Shown: positions 52,141-64,000 of the stretch, piece after piece
Position numbering within the stretch: the stretch's first letter is position 1
Layout: each line of letters opens with the position of its first letter
From: Ophelia neglecta
Taxonomy: Eukaryota
Assembly (NCBI GenBank): GCA_965285935.1
Contig: OZ260661.1
Location: forward strand, 30,318,001-30,382,000
Direction: 5' to 3'
DNA: 64,000 nt
Made by a program: the position numbers and the translations under genes
Notes under the pieces: model-generated
The model's database searches: none
Told to the model about the DNA's origin: nothing
Seen by the model: only the letters and a program-made list of their open reading frames with translations

Positions 52141-52437
52141 AATAGTTTTTACTGTATAATATCGGATGGGGAGCAGTTTCTGGCTGCAATTGGTGTGGTA
52201 AATACAGTTTTGTATTACAGCAGATAAATTAGACAACATTATAATATAATCTCTCATAATAAAGTAGTTTCATATAGATAAGATTATGTCCGTGTGTTCA
52301 GTTCAGTACTGTTCAGTTATGTTACTACTTATTAGACTGCTGCATTTGCAGGAAAGAACATAATGTCATTAATTTTCTTATTGTGGCCATTTTAACTTTT
52401 CAACCCTTGAGAATCTAAATCATTCGTACATAAAGTT

Positions 52438-52697
52438 GTGTAACGTTACTACTGACTTAGGGCTGGTAGGGATTGTTAATACTCCTTTCGTATAACGTTA
52501 CTACTGACTTAGGGATGGTAGGGATTGTTACTTCTCCTTTCGTGTAACGTTACTACTGACTTAGGGCTGGTAGGGATTGTTACTACTCCTTTCGTGTAAC
52601 GTTACTACTGACTTAGGGCTGGTAGGGATTGTTACTACTCCTTTTGTGTAACGTTACTACTGACTTAGGTCTGGTAGGGATTGTTATTACTCCTTTC
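52438..52697. repeat. 52-bp minisatellite, 5 copies
   Basis: Unit gtgtaacgttactactgacttagggctggtagggattgttactactcctttc. taacgttac recurs at 52441, 52493, 52545, 52597 and 52649. Confidence 0.95.
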
Positions 52698-53669
52698 TCC
52701 TGGTTATCAACTTCCGTTTTTTTTCTTTGAAAGACTACAACAACAAAATCTAGCCATTGCTCCCGCTAATTTGAAAACTTTTACACTCACTGAGAAATTC
52801 AAATAGGGGTTGTATATGTTTCCTAAACAATGCATTGAAAAATCTAATATTTTTAGGAATACACTGAAGGCTTTGACACCGCCAGACGGTATTAAACTAA
52901 GGTTCAAAACGTGAAAGCGCTGGTTAGTAATCAACATGCAGCAAGTTATAAGCAGTGCACCTAGTTATCTCTGTAAAGCCTGAAATATATCCATTACATT
53001 TCACCAAGTTCACGGCAGAAATTTTGGCAGTATTTAAAATTGATTTTGGGTGAAATATATTTGCTTCGGTTAAGCCGAAGGTTCGATGAGTTGAGTTTCA
53101 CCTATTAAATGGGTCTACAAGTCTCATGTTTGGCTCGGAAAGGTCGAGATCGGACGGCTCAAACTCATATATATCCGTCCATTGCTTTCTCTGTTAGACT
53201 GCAGAAGTTTGTATAGGTATGTAACGCGCTTGTAAGCCTACTGCCAAGCACGTATGGATGGGGAGGGATATATAACAGGGAGAGGTGTATGGCGGGAACG
53301 TCTGCCTTTGTTGTCACTCTTTATTTATTATTTCCACCAATATTCATTTCTTTGGCTCATTACTTTGCAGTTATATGATGTATAATTGTCAACCAGATGT
53401 GAAAAATACATACTTGATTTAGGATAGAATGCGTGTCAATTTGTTATGTTAAGCGCAGAATTGAGTTGTAATAAAGCTCCACCTATAATAAATTGACACG
53501 TTTTTTATTACCCTCCCCGGACAAAATCAGCCCCCCCCCCCCCCGAGCCCCAAACCTAAACCAAAATGTTGTACAAGTTGATACCAAACAATGTTATTCC
53601 ATATCCCAAAATAAGGTATAATCCAGTCTAGGCACATTAATGTTGCTATACATTCTTCTAGCGGTGTTT

Positions 53670-53747
53670 GTAAATTATTAATGTATTGTATTTACTCATA
53701 AATTAATCGATTGTATTTGCTCGTAAATTATTAATGTATTGTATTTA
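53670..53747. repeat. ~26-bp tandem repeat, 3 copies
   Basis: gtaaattattaatgtattgtatttac-like unit; the middle copy is degenerate. Confidence 0.7.
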
Positions 53748-55417
53748 CCACGTTTATACCGAATTCAGGTGAAAGATGCAACTTTTATAAAAGCAATACC
53801 ATTATCTAATATGGTTATACATTGGTGTGTATAACAACTATATTCAAGTCGTGATATGTACTATATCGTATTACCTTAATAAGACGATTACAACCATGTC
53901 AGTCTTCTTACAAACTATAAGTACCTTCATATCACGCAGTCAAGTATGTGTGCCCTCTATCTCACTTTTAAGATTCTTACGAGCGAACACTCAAAAAATA
54001 ATTGGTACTTCATATGCAGGCGGCAGCGACTAATGAATTAATTTTATATAGATTAAGTTAATTATCTTATTATGATGATTAATACGAATCTCACAAGGCG
54101 TCGTTGACGCCACAGTCCTCCTTGCCACCTATATCATGTCCTTCAATTGAAAATTATGGCAGTAGTCCCATTCACATGCCAATAAGGTACATACCAAATC
54201 TGATAACGGATTCACCAAAACCTGGTTTTGTTGCATGTAGCACCCAAGGGAAAGTTAACATTGCTTTATAGCTGCCAGTTTTTATGAATTTAGGAGAAAA
54301 ATGGTACCATCCGAGAGGTTGGCATTGATCTGTAATACAACAAAATACAACCAGAAAGCCATCCTCTTCATAGCATTAAGTATCTTCCATGTCCAAAGCT
54401 AATGTGATTTAGCTGCGTTGTTTAATGTCTTACTTATTAGAGAAACCCACGTGCAGAAATTTCAAAAAAAAATTATAAGCGCTTTATATGCAGGCTGAAT
54501 TGCCTGATAGCAGGTTTACAATTATTTATAACGCAGTTAATCAAACAACCATTCGGGATGTCGTTACTCTATGAAGGGCTTGGCAAAGGGTAGTTTTAGT
54601 CATGGGCCGGAATAAATTAATGCCCAATAAATTCGTTTTGGGCTTGTTCGGCCTTGTTTAATGAAACAAAAGGCCTATAAGGCAAATCACAAATAGAGAT
54701 GGACTAAGTGTCTGAGTTGCTTGTACCTTCGTAGTATCAAATTGAGTCACCTTATTCAAAGCTATTTTTCGAGACCACACCTATTTAATTTACCTTTCTG
54801 ATCATTCTGTCATAATACTGAATGGTCTTAGGGAAACATTATTAGTCGTATTCGAAATAAACGAGGATTCCTCCTGATTATTTGACATTGACCGTGACGT
54901 AGACGATTACAAAACGTTTTTGGTAAAAGCTGCGACTATTACTTCGGAGGTAAGGATAAGAGCAATTGCTATTCTATCGAAGGCCAGAAATTATAAATTA
55001 GTTTTCTTACTTTTACCCATATTTTGTCTACCGCATAGGAGTATGCGCTAGAGAAATGATCTATTTTAATACCCTGTCCGATGCTTTGAACAATAATTGT
55101 TCTCAGGGTTTGTTCAAAAGCTCGTTCAAGTTTTACTTATTGGGCTAGCAGTTTCCAACTAAAAATGATGCTTACTGATTATTCTTTGTTTCCTTTCATT
55201 CATTTCAGTGTTAAACGGTGATGAAATGTGCAATATACCTCATGTAAATTATATTTCTAGTCGTTCATAATGTTTAATCGTTAAAATAGTTTTTATCATA
55301 TTAGCATAGTTTCGTGACTTGTATTCAGACAAGGATATACATTTATAATTAGCAGATAAAACCTTTCATACATTGACATAAAATATTTGGAAATCTTGAA
55401 ATTATTTTACAGTAATC

Positions 55418-58400
55418 ATGACACCAGAGTGGCTCGACTACATCAAACATTTCGAAGTGTATGACAGCGATTGGTTCGTAACCTCCTACCCAAAATCAGG
55501 TAATAGGGGTATACAGGGGATCAAAGTATTTAGCCTCCTACCCAAATCAGGTAATAGGGGTATACATGGTTCCAGGTATTTATCCTCCTACCCCAAATCA
55601 AGTATTAGGGATATGCCAGTGATTATGTATTAACGTTTTCAACAGATCGAGTCTTAACCAAATTGAATATAATTCAATAAAGGAATGTGCAGCCATGGGA
55701 TTGATTTGAACCCCCCCCCCCCCCCTGGACCACTACGCAGGTTTCTTTTCCTGTTGGAGTTCTGGGTTTTGAAATCCTAGTATTTAAGTCAACCGGTCCA
55801 GAAATCCTATTTTTTTAAGAGATCCGGTCTTTAAATCCTAGTTTATTACATTCCCAATACGCTATTGTGTCGACAATTAATGATACGCCTAAAGCAATCA
55901 CAGACAAAGTAAGAACACACAGCCTAAAAGGGTTTTCTGGATACATTAAGCAATATTACATTAGTATATATAGTGAACACTGTACATTACCAAACTGCTA
56001 TTCTTGCAATAGGTCATAATTACCAGTTACCTTGTATTCATTTGGTTATATATTCATTTTTTCGTGTTTTTCTGTGTCATGATCACATAGTTGTTTGTCT
56101 CATCACACTTTGGTTACAAATACATGTACTTATGTGTACTTCATTCGTTTAATTTTGTTCACACATCAACAATCTATACTTGTATATCATATTATTGCAC
56201 CGACATAAATTATTATTTTAAGTACCGTTGAAATGGGGAATACTTTCTAAAAATCTTTTTATATTATTTTTTTTTGTTTCTCCTCATATTTTTTTTTCTA
56301 CATTCCATATTTATTCAGTTTGAATTTTTATATGTTCTCACTCTATGTGCTTATTCAGTAACACATGTAGATATGTTTCTATTATTTCACAATATTAATC
56401 AGGACTTAACATCATTCTTATATGCATCAATCAATCTATACGGATGCATTCTTGGACCAAATAAACTACTTCTGATTCTGATTCTGATTCTGGTTTATTT
56501 TGTCCAAGTGCCTTATTACCATAGGGTTTTGAGCACTACCAGAAAGTGATTGGTCTAGATCCTCCCCTCGCCTAAACCAGCTGGGTTCTCTCAACCATCA
56601 CTGGTCTGTTAGTGTTTAATGTGTATGTCTGTGGCCAAGGTCCCCATGTCAAGGGCCATGAATATATGTATGTGCTTATAACCCCCGAACTCTCGTGAGT
56701 CAAAAGGAGGCATAACCAAGTTTTTTTGTTTCAAACATTTTGGAGGGAAAATCACCTTTGTCTGGCACTTAGCTTCGAGAAACCAAGGTGGACACACTTG
56801 ATTGTGTCATGTTTGCCCACCATGCGAAAAAACGCTTTAAGTCTTAAAAAAAACATTTCCAAACAAATAAACGTTTGAAAAAACCCAGATAAAACGTTTA
56901 TTAAACATGAAATTGTTAGTTCTTTTTAACATTTGTTTAACGTTTCTAGAAACGTTTATAACAAACGTGTTTCCAACGTTATTTTTTTGTTCCTTTTTAA
57001 CATTGTTTTAACGGTTTTAAAAACATTCACAATATTATTCCTTAAATCTTCCTTAAATATGTTTCCAAGACATATGTAATGCAGGATTTTGCTATTAGGT
57101 TAGTCATACTGGTTTATAATCATCTCCTTAAACGTTTATATTATGTTCCTTATGCTACTGGTTTATAAGGAAATGTATTTATTTGAAACTTTGATCAGTA
57201 TAGAATATGAATTTCAAGCTATGGTGAATAAACTATGTACATGCAGTAGGCCTTTATAGATTTAAAATAGGACTAAAGAAGGACCAGTGCAGGCCTTGTT
57301 GAACATATGTAAATTCAGTGTAGTTGGTCAGGTATTTTACTGTCAATTAATTAGTTCTTGTAGCGTTGCCGTATTTGTGTGTCGCTACTGTGAGTACTGT
57401 GTTCCAGTCCTCCCATCTGAGGCACCCTTACTCAGGGTAGGCATATTGAGACGTCTAAAATATATGTGGGCTAATAATACTATATATCCATGATTTGAAG
57501 TGAATATAAAATGTATATTCTGTATAAATGGCTATAGTGATGAAAGTAGTGTATGGTTTGAACAGTAGTATGAAAGCAATCTGTATATATTGTAAAATGA
57601 GAGAATGTGTGTATAATTGTGATCCTGAATACGAAACGAGTGTGATGCATACTTGAATTTGTTTATAGGTGTCTATAATGTGGAGCTGTACGGGATGAAT
57701 GTGTGTTTAGTACAATCAATATGAACTCACCCCACTTGGAGTCTTTCAAATCTCAAGAACCAAGAGTTTTTATAGTGCCTACGGTATACTGCATTGGTTG
57801 ACGCTTAATGTGCATAGCCAACAGGAAGAGATACGTGTGTAGTGGTCTGGTGGGGGTGGAGTTTCAAATTAATCCCATGAATGCAGAGTCCTTTATTGAA
57901 TTATATTCAATTTGGTTAAGACTTGACCTGTAAAATATTATATAAAACATTATTGGGTTAAAGCCTCTTCATATGTTGCTGGGAGACATAGACCACCGTT
58001 TCAAAATATATCCGGGATATTATGCCTTATGTGGCGGTTTTTATTGGGTAGGGAGACTTTGAGGGAGAATGTTTCTTCCGGGTGGGAACCAGAATTCTGG
58101 ATTCTACATAGATATTGTAGATTACTACTTCCAATACTTCAATCTTGTAAGCCGACTACAGCTGGACATACAATATCTTGAGTATAGATTCGTTAAAAGT
58201 ACATGTATCTGCTTTGTGTTGTATTTAACTTATTTTGAATGTATTAACTGAATACAAAATCACCAATCAATAGTCTGCATGAGGGTTAAATAGAGAAGCA
58301 CTTGTCAGCTTACGACTGTAACGAAATACACACATAATTATTTTTCCAGGAACAACATGGATGCAAGAGATCATGTATCTCATCAGACACCAGGATGACC

Positions 58401-59084
58401 TTGACAAATCTCAGGAGGCTCCTAACTACGTTCGTGTCCCATTTATAGACATCGGAAGCCCAGAGAGGAAGAACTACATACTGAGACAAAAAGAGCCCCT
58501 CAGAATATTCAAAACGCACTTGCAATAAATTGCCCTCTCAACTCTGGGAAAAATATCCAAAGATCGTGCATGTTCATAGAAACCCCAAAGATGTCGCCGT
58601 CTCATACTTCCATTTTTACCAACAGCTACAAGGTGGCCAATTTTTCACAGGAAATTGGCATGACTTTTTCAAGTTGTTCATTACAGGTGAGGTAAGATAC
58701 GGCAGTTGGGCAGAATACATGAAAACATGGTGGAAACACAAGAACGACAAAAATGTCTTATTTGTCCGGTATGAAAGCTTGATTGAAGACCTTGCAGGTT
58801 CAGTGCAAAAAATCGCCATATTTTTGGGCACACCCCTGCAAGAAGAGAAGCTTCAGAAACTAATTGACAAGGTCAGTTTTGAGTCTATGAGATATAACAA
58901 CATGACTAATGGAATTCTTGCATATGGTGACACAATCGTTCCCTGCCAGCGGAAAGGAATTGTGGGGGACTGGAAGAATTATTTTACCCTTGAGCAGAAT
59001 GAAGAGTTCAATGGCTGGATTGATCAAGAAATTGGAAAGATTGATATAGATAATATCGGAGGAAGTGGAACCCTCTCGAAATGA
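55418..59084 (+). pseudogene. Sulfotransferase copy 2, frameshifted
   Basis: Exons 55418-55499 and 58350-59084. cacttgccttgcaat in copy 1 reads cacttgcaat here, a 5-bp loss at a cttgc direct repeat that gives TAA at 58526-58528. Confidence 0.85.
55848..56491 (+). mobile_element. 5'-truncated LINE 3' end inserted in the intron of sulfotransferase copy 2
   Basis: Absent from copy 1. Encodes DKVRTHSLKGFSGYIKQYYISIYSEHCTLPNCYSC, which resembles CR1/L2-group ORF2 C-termini, and ends in aataaa plus an (attctg)n tail. Confidence 0.65.
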
Positions 59085-59264
59085 AACAGAGCCTAATTAA
59101 CCCATTCAGAATTTCGGGATAAGGAGGGTCTTTTAAAACTTTCAAGGTTTTTGGAATTTCAATTTGAAAGCAAAAATCAAGCGAAATCCACAGTTGCCAA
59201 TTTAGCACTTGCCTGTTTTTTTAGGAAAATTGAATTTACATATCCCATTAATATCCCATGAATC

Positions 59265-59350
59265 TATTATTATTATTATTATCATTATTATTATTATCAT
59301 TATTATTATTATTATTATTATCATTATTAATATTATTAATATTATTATCA
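59265..59350. repeat. (ATT/ATC)n microsatellite
   Basis: Directly visible; homologue of 28438-28510. Confidence 0.95.
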
Positions 59351-62300
59351 TCAATAGTGTTGGACAGGAGATTACCTAAATAGTCCCAGAGAATATCCGA
59401 AACACACTTGACTTTATGCCGGTAGTTTTGAAGACCCTTATTTTTTCCCTTATGATAACAATTCGACACTGTAAACATCAGTATAGCTCAGACTTACCTA
59501 ATAATATATCAGCTGTGTTTTTTAATTACGTGCTCTGGTTGTCTTAATAATATTTATTAATTGCTTTGAGCATCATATCCCTGGTTGAAAGGACGCGATA
59601 TAATTAGAATAATGACTAATATTCAACACTATAGAACAACCTAGAAGGGCTTGGAATAAGGATGATTTTTACCCCCCCCCCCCCCCCCCGGTATATATGT
59701 ATCTTATTTACTAAATTTTGTATAAGGAGCCCTTACACGTTACCAACAAAGTGCCTACGTCACTATGGTGTGGGAAAACATAGAAAATTGGCACATGGCA
59801 TTCCCATGTGCGTTTTCACTGGGCAGCGCCATCTGCAGTGATATCTGAAGAAGTACAAAACATTGCAAAATTATTGGAAAAACTGCCTGCTACATTGGAC
59901 AATTTAAGTATTGGAACGCTTAAGTACCACGAGAGACTGAATTTGTCAAAGGAGACAGTGGAGACAGTGGAGCGTGTAACCAACAGGACTATCACCAGCT
60001 CAACCCGGAACAAGGAACCAGGCAGGAAGAACTCAGTAATAATAGGCTTTACAAGAAGAGGAATGTGCTTTACTGCACCAAAGTGGAAATTTAAAGTATT
60101 TTGTTGAAGAATGGGAGTTAGGCCTAATAGGAACTTCTCCGACAGTATTACAATGGATTCAAAATGGGGTTCATCTACCGTATAAATCTCATCATATAAT
60201 TTTGAATTTTCATTAAAATCTTTTACGTCTGTTGAAACTATATGAGTAGCTTTATGTCGTATGCTTACTTTAATACCAGAAACTTTCACGTATGTTAGCC
60301 TTATAAATGTTATGGGTAATGTTCAAATGGGAATGAGCTATCACCCATTTTTATTTACTTTGATTATTGCTCTGCATCTTGTGTCCATTAATGTGTAGGT
60401 ATCCTTGTATTTTCATCATTTATGTTGTCATGAATTTACCTCTTTTGGTTAAAAACAATCTAGTTGTGCGACTTTCCAACCTGGCCGCTTATGAATTACA
60501 CCAATTAGCAAATTTTCATTGGTTTCAACCTAAATATTTTCTATATTGTGCGTTTCTTGCCTACAAAATAAGGTTAATTTTAAAACCGTCTCTGTCCTTT
60601 AGGGCATATTTTTGTCATAACACATATAGCAAATTTAGATTTGACATAGATAAAGTTTTGTCAAAATGTGTTTAACAATTCCTCTTTACTTTCAATATTT
60701 GAGTTTCTCAGGAGGGACAATACATTTATAATTGTGCTTAATGGATTTAATCATGGCAGCTAATCCATAGTTATATAATATATTAAAATACATTAAGGTA
60801 TGGTCAGTATCCTTTAAGTTGTAATAACTGTACTTTAATTCCTCTGTATAGGAATAGTTACATGCTTTGTTATAAATACTTAATATTGCTTAAGTTAACT
60901 TGTGTTCTTTTATATAATTTGGGAATTGCTTGTCTTCCAATAGTGATCTAATGTAATTTTTATTTGTTTCTATAATTTCAGAAAATATGGCTCAAGGTAA
61001 GTTGTTTCAATCCTACTTTAGTAATATTTGACCTATGATTAAATAACAATTTATGTCCTTATCAATAACTATGTTACAGTAATCACATAATCAGGTGTCT
61101 GAATCCAAACTATAAAAAGTGGAATTCCGTGAAAAATGCTATAACATTAAGGCTATTACACTTATTGGTTATTTTATATACGTTTTACGCAGTATAGGTG
61201 GTGGTAAAATATCGATATGAAATAATAGTTGCTTGATCCGTTTAATTATCACAACCTGTCAGCTCAAGAAAAAATAACTAAGCTTATCACCAGGGGACAA
61301 GAATCCACTTTACATGGCATTTATGTCAGAAAAAAAATCTTCTTTTAGTTTAAATGGATCTAGCTTGTGTCGTTGTATCAGATCAGTTTACTTTACATGT
61401 AGATTATCGCGCTTGATCCTGTTAAGTCTAGGTTTGTTTGAATGGTACCATATTTGTTTGGCTGTCTATAGTTATACCATACTGCCGTCATTTATCGCTG
61501 TCTGCTTGGTAGCAGTGGCCAGTCAATTAGCCTAACCCTGTTTGGAAGACTAGGAGCTATGGAGTAATGTGAACCTTTAAAGCATTTCCCTATACTGCCT
61601 TCGTTTTGACGATTGTCATAACAGGTACAGGACATATAGAAGCATGGTATCAGCGACAAGTTTCTCATCGTCAAACCTAACATTACGCCAAGCAGCATGA
61701 TAGAAGTAGTTGTGTGGAAATACAGACTTTAACAACAAAATGTTGTTAAGTTCAAACAATTTGAAATTAAACAATTGTAAACTACTCATAATATCTTATG
61801 CAGATACTGCTTACTATATTCACTATTAAAATACACTGGATAAAGCTCTGGCTTTTGCAATAGCATTTTCTGCAAGCTATACGAAAATACATAATGGCCT
61901 TGGCGTTCAACCCCCACTAGTAGCATGGTTGCAGTATCTTGAGATAGTGGAAATTTCTACGCAGTAGGTACTGCCTGAAATAATACAAGCGAATACGTAT
62001 GAGGAATATAACAAAAATGCATTAAGTGGCCGGTAAGAACCATTGTATTCCTAGTGGCACTGATTCAATAGCTTTATTGTCACATACTGCTCACTGATCA
62101 GCGAAAATCACCGAATCAGTCTTTGTTCAAATCAAGCCTCAGCGCCTTTCGTCGGTTAACGCACGAGTCGAATTGAGCTGCTCGATCATCTAATGGTGTA
62201 GGACTTCCGGTCCTATTCTTGTAGGGTTTGAGATGCGCTGGCGGCCCTCTGCCATTTTGTGCACTTCATATAGGTAAGATAGATATTTTTAAAAATATAC

Positions 62301-63415
62301 TGCCAACTGGGAGGCGCGCGGAGATGACAGTCCCTAATGTATTTCTTGGCACCAGGGCCTTGAAATAGTAAACATTGTTATGTCATTGGCTAATTGTTTA
62401 TTAATCTAAACTCTTGAGAGAGGCATTTGCTCTATAGACGTGTTTCTAACAAGACACAATAGCGCGTGTATATCCTTTGTGTTTTCTTGCTATGGATATG
62501 CATGTATATGTATAGAGTCTCTTTGGTAACAGGCACTAATTTACTCTATCCATGTCATTTAAAGTGTTTCATGATATCGCACAATTTTATTGTGTGTCGT
62601 TCTTATGCAAGTTTTCAATCGGTCACATTACACATGTATAAATGTGTCCCACAAGTGTTTGCAAATCTAATATTATGGAGTCTTCCTTTGCGATCCGTGT
62701 CTACTGATTAAACAGTCTTATAGAAGGTTAAAATCTCAAATTTCTAGACTCTAGACTAGTTATACATTAACAGACAGTTCGAGCTTTAAGACGGATCAAA
62801 GTTAGCTGCCTAATGTTTACCAGTAAACAGGACGACGAGTCCCCTATAATGGGACAAAACTAGTCTTCCTTTCTTTAATATGTACCTACGTTTGTAATCA
62901 ATTGTTTGAACAACTGTACTCAAACCGGTTGCTTTGTGTCTTCTTCATTTTGCTATCCACTCGATTCAAGCCACAATTTAGTGATAGCATAAATATCAAC
63001 ATGCATTCAATGTGAAATCAGGGATATATTTCGCATATCTAGTCGACAATTGTGACTGTCTAGTAAGGTTGGTATATATTTATGAAAAGTTATATCTAAA
63101 GCCACTTCAGTTCCTCATCTCATGCGACACCAAACCACACCTCATGACAAGCAATTGTAATATAAGGTAATCAGAATTGGTGGAAATGAATAATAAAAAG
63201 TGACAAAAATGCAGACCTCTCCCATGAAGACACCCCCCCCCCTTTTTATAACACCCCTATCCCCCGTCAACACCTGCATGGCAACAGGTAAGCGCTTAAC
63301 ATGCACATACAAATACTTACAGCCTTAACTAATGCCATAATATGATCGGTCGCTTGATTCCCAGTCGGTAGCATTTTACGTCAAATTGATCTATTTGTAC
63401 AGAATACCAAACATC

Positions 63416-63993
63416 ATGGTGGCCTTTGTCATGAAGGAATTGCTCCTTGCCACTGTCATAGCTAGCCTGTCTTCAGTGGCAATGGCACAGGTAGAGACTT
63501 TTGTTTGTTCTTGTTGACGACTTAAAGATAAGAGGTTTCGCTTTCAAACAAAGATTACAAGAGGTGATGTTAAAAGATCGGACTATAATAAGAATCAATA
63601 TGGTCATTATATACGTGTTACCTGATAAACTTGCTAATGGCCGAAATTTAAGGTATGTTCATTAGAGGTATTCTTTCATTTGTCAGGAAGAGAGTTTACG
63701 TCGGCAGAAACGGTCAGTTGAAGCCCATGAGACAGCCCGGGAATCTGTGGAGCCGTCAGGAGGTAACAAAACAGCATAAATTTACAATACTGTGACTTTC
63801 ATTTTTGATACGATAAGTGTAACGATAGAAGTGAAACATATTTTGAAGACAAAATGACTACGACGGCTTATTTAGTGAAGCATCAGCCTACGTATGACGT
63901 TCTAAATCCGTTTAATTTCAGGCGGTCAGACTTACATTCGATGGGGTAGAACTACATGTCCAAACTACCCTGACACACATCGCATATACAAAG
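63416..63993 (+). CDS. C4-like paralogue 5, coding exons 1-3 only (window ends in intron 3)
   Basis: Exons 63416-63490, 63687-63762, 63922-63993. MVAFVMKELLLATVIASLSSVAMAQ-EESLRRQKRSV...YIRWGRTTCP. Integrity of the remainder is unknown. Confidence 0.85.
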
Positions 63994-64000
63994 GTATGAC

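Larger units (their letters stand above)
55238..64000 (+). repeat. Segmental duplication unit C (sulfotransferase copy 2 + paralogue 5), truncated by window end
   Basis: Co-linear with 25163-33080. Near-identical over 62050-63380 versus 31140-32470. Confidence 0.9.

Noticed and set aside
52438-52697. CRISPR-like array
   Set aside because: Head-to-tail minisatellite without spacers.

Overview
AT-rich, intron-containing animal genomic DNA, probably from a marine invertebrate; the species cannot be determined from the sequence. The window holds a tandem cluster of five paralogous genes (four complete, one cut by the window end), each with five coding exons. They encode small secreted proteins: signal peptide, R-x-K-R proprotein-convertase site, acidic linker, then a 10-Cys domain like the non-collagenous domain of sponge short-chain collagen C4 (collagen IV NC1-related), with no Gly-X-Y repeat. 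Two copies of a cytosolic sulfotransferase gene (one frameshifted) sit in a segmental duplication with these genes. The rest is mostly transposable elements: a BEL/Pao LTR element with both LTRs and TSD, a full-length L1/Tx1-type LINE with TSD, a Helitron remnant, an intron-containing Tc1 (DD34E) remnant, several MITEs, decayed LINE fragments and minisatellites. Most notable: the LINE ORF1 carries a C-terminal NADAR/YbiA-like domain after its zinc knuckles, with Glu-to-Gln changes at two conserved positions. The secreted paralogues differ mainly in a few short segments. All domain calls are by-eye motif recognition; no searches were run.
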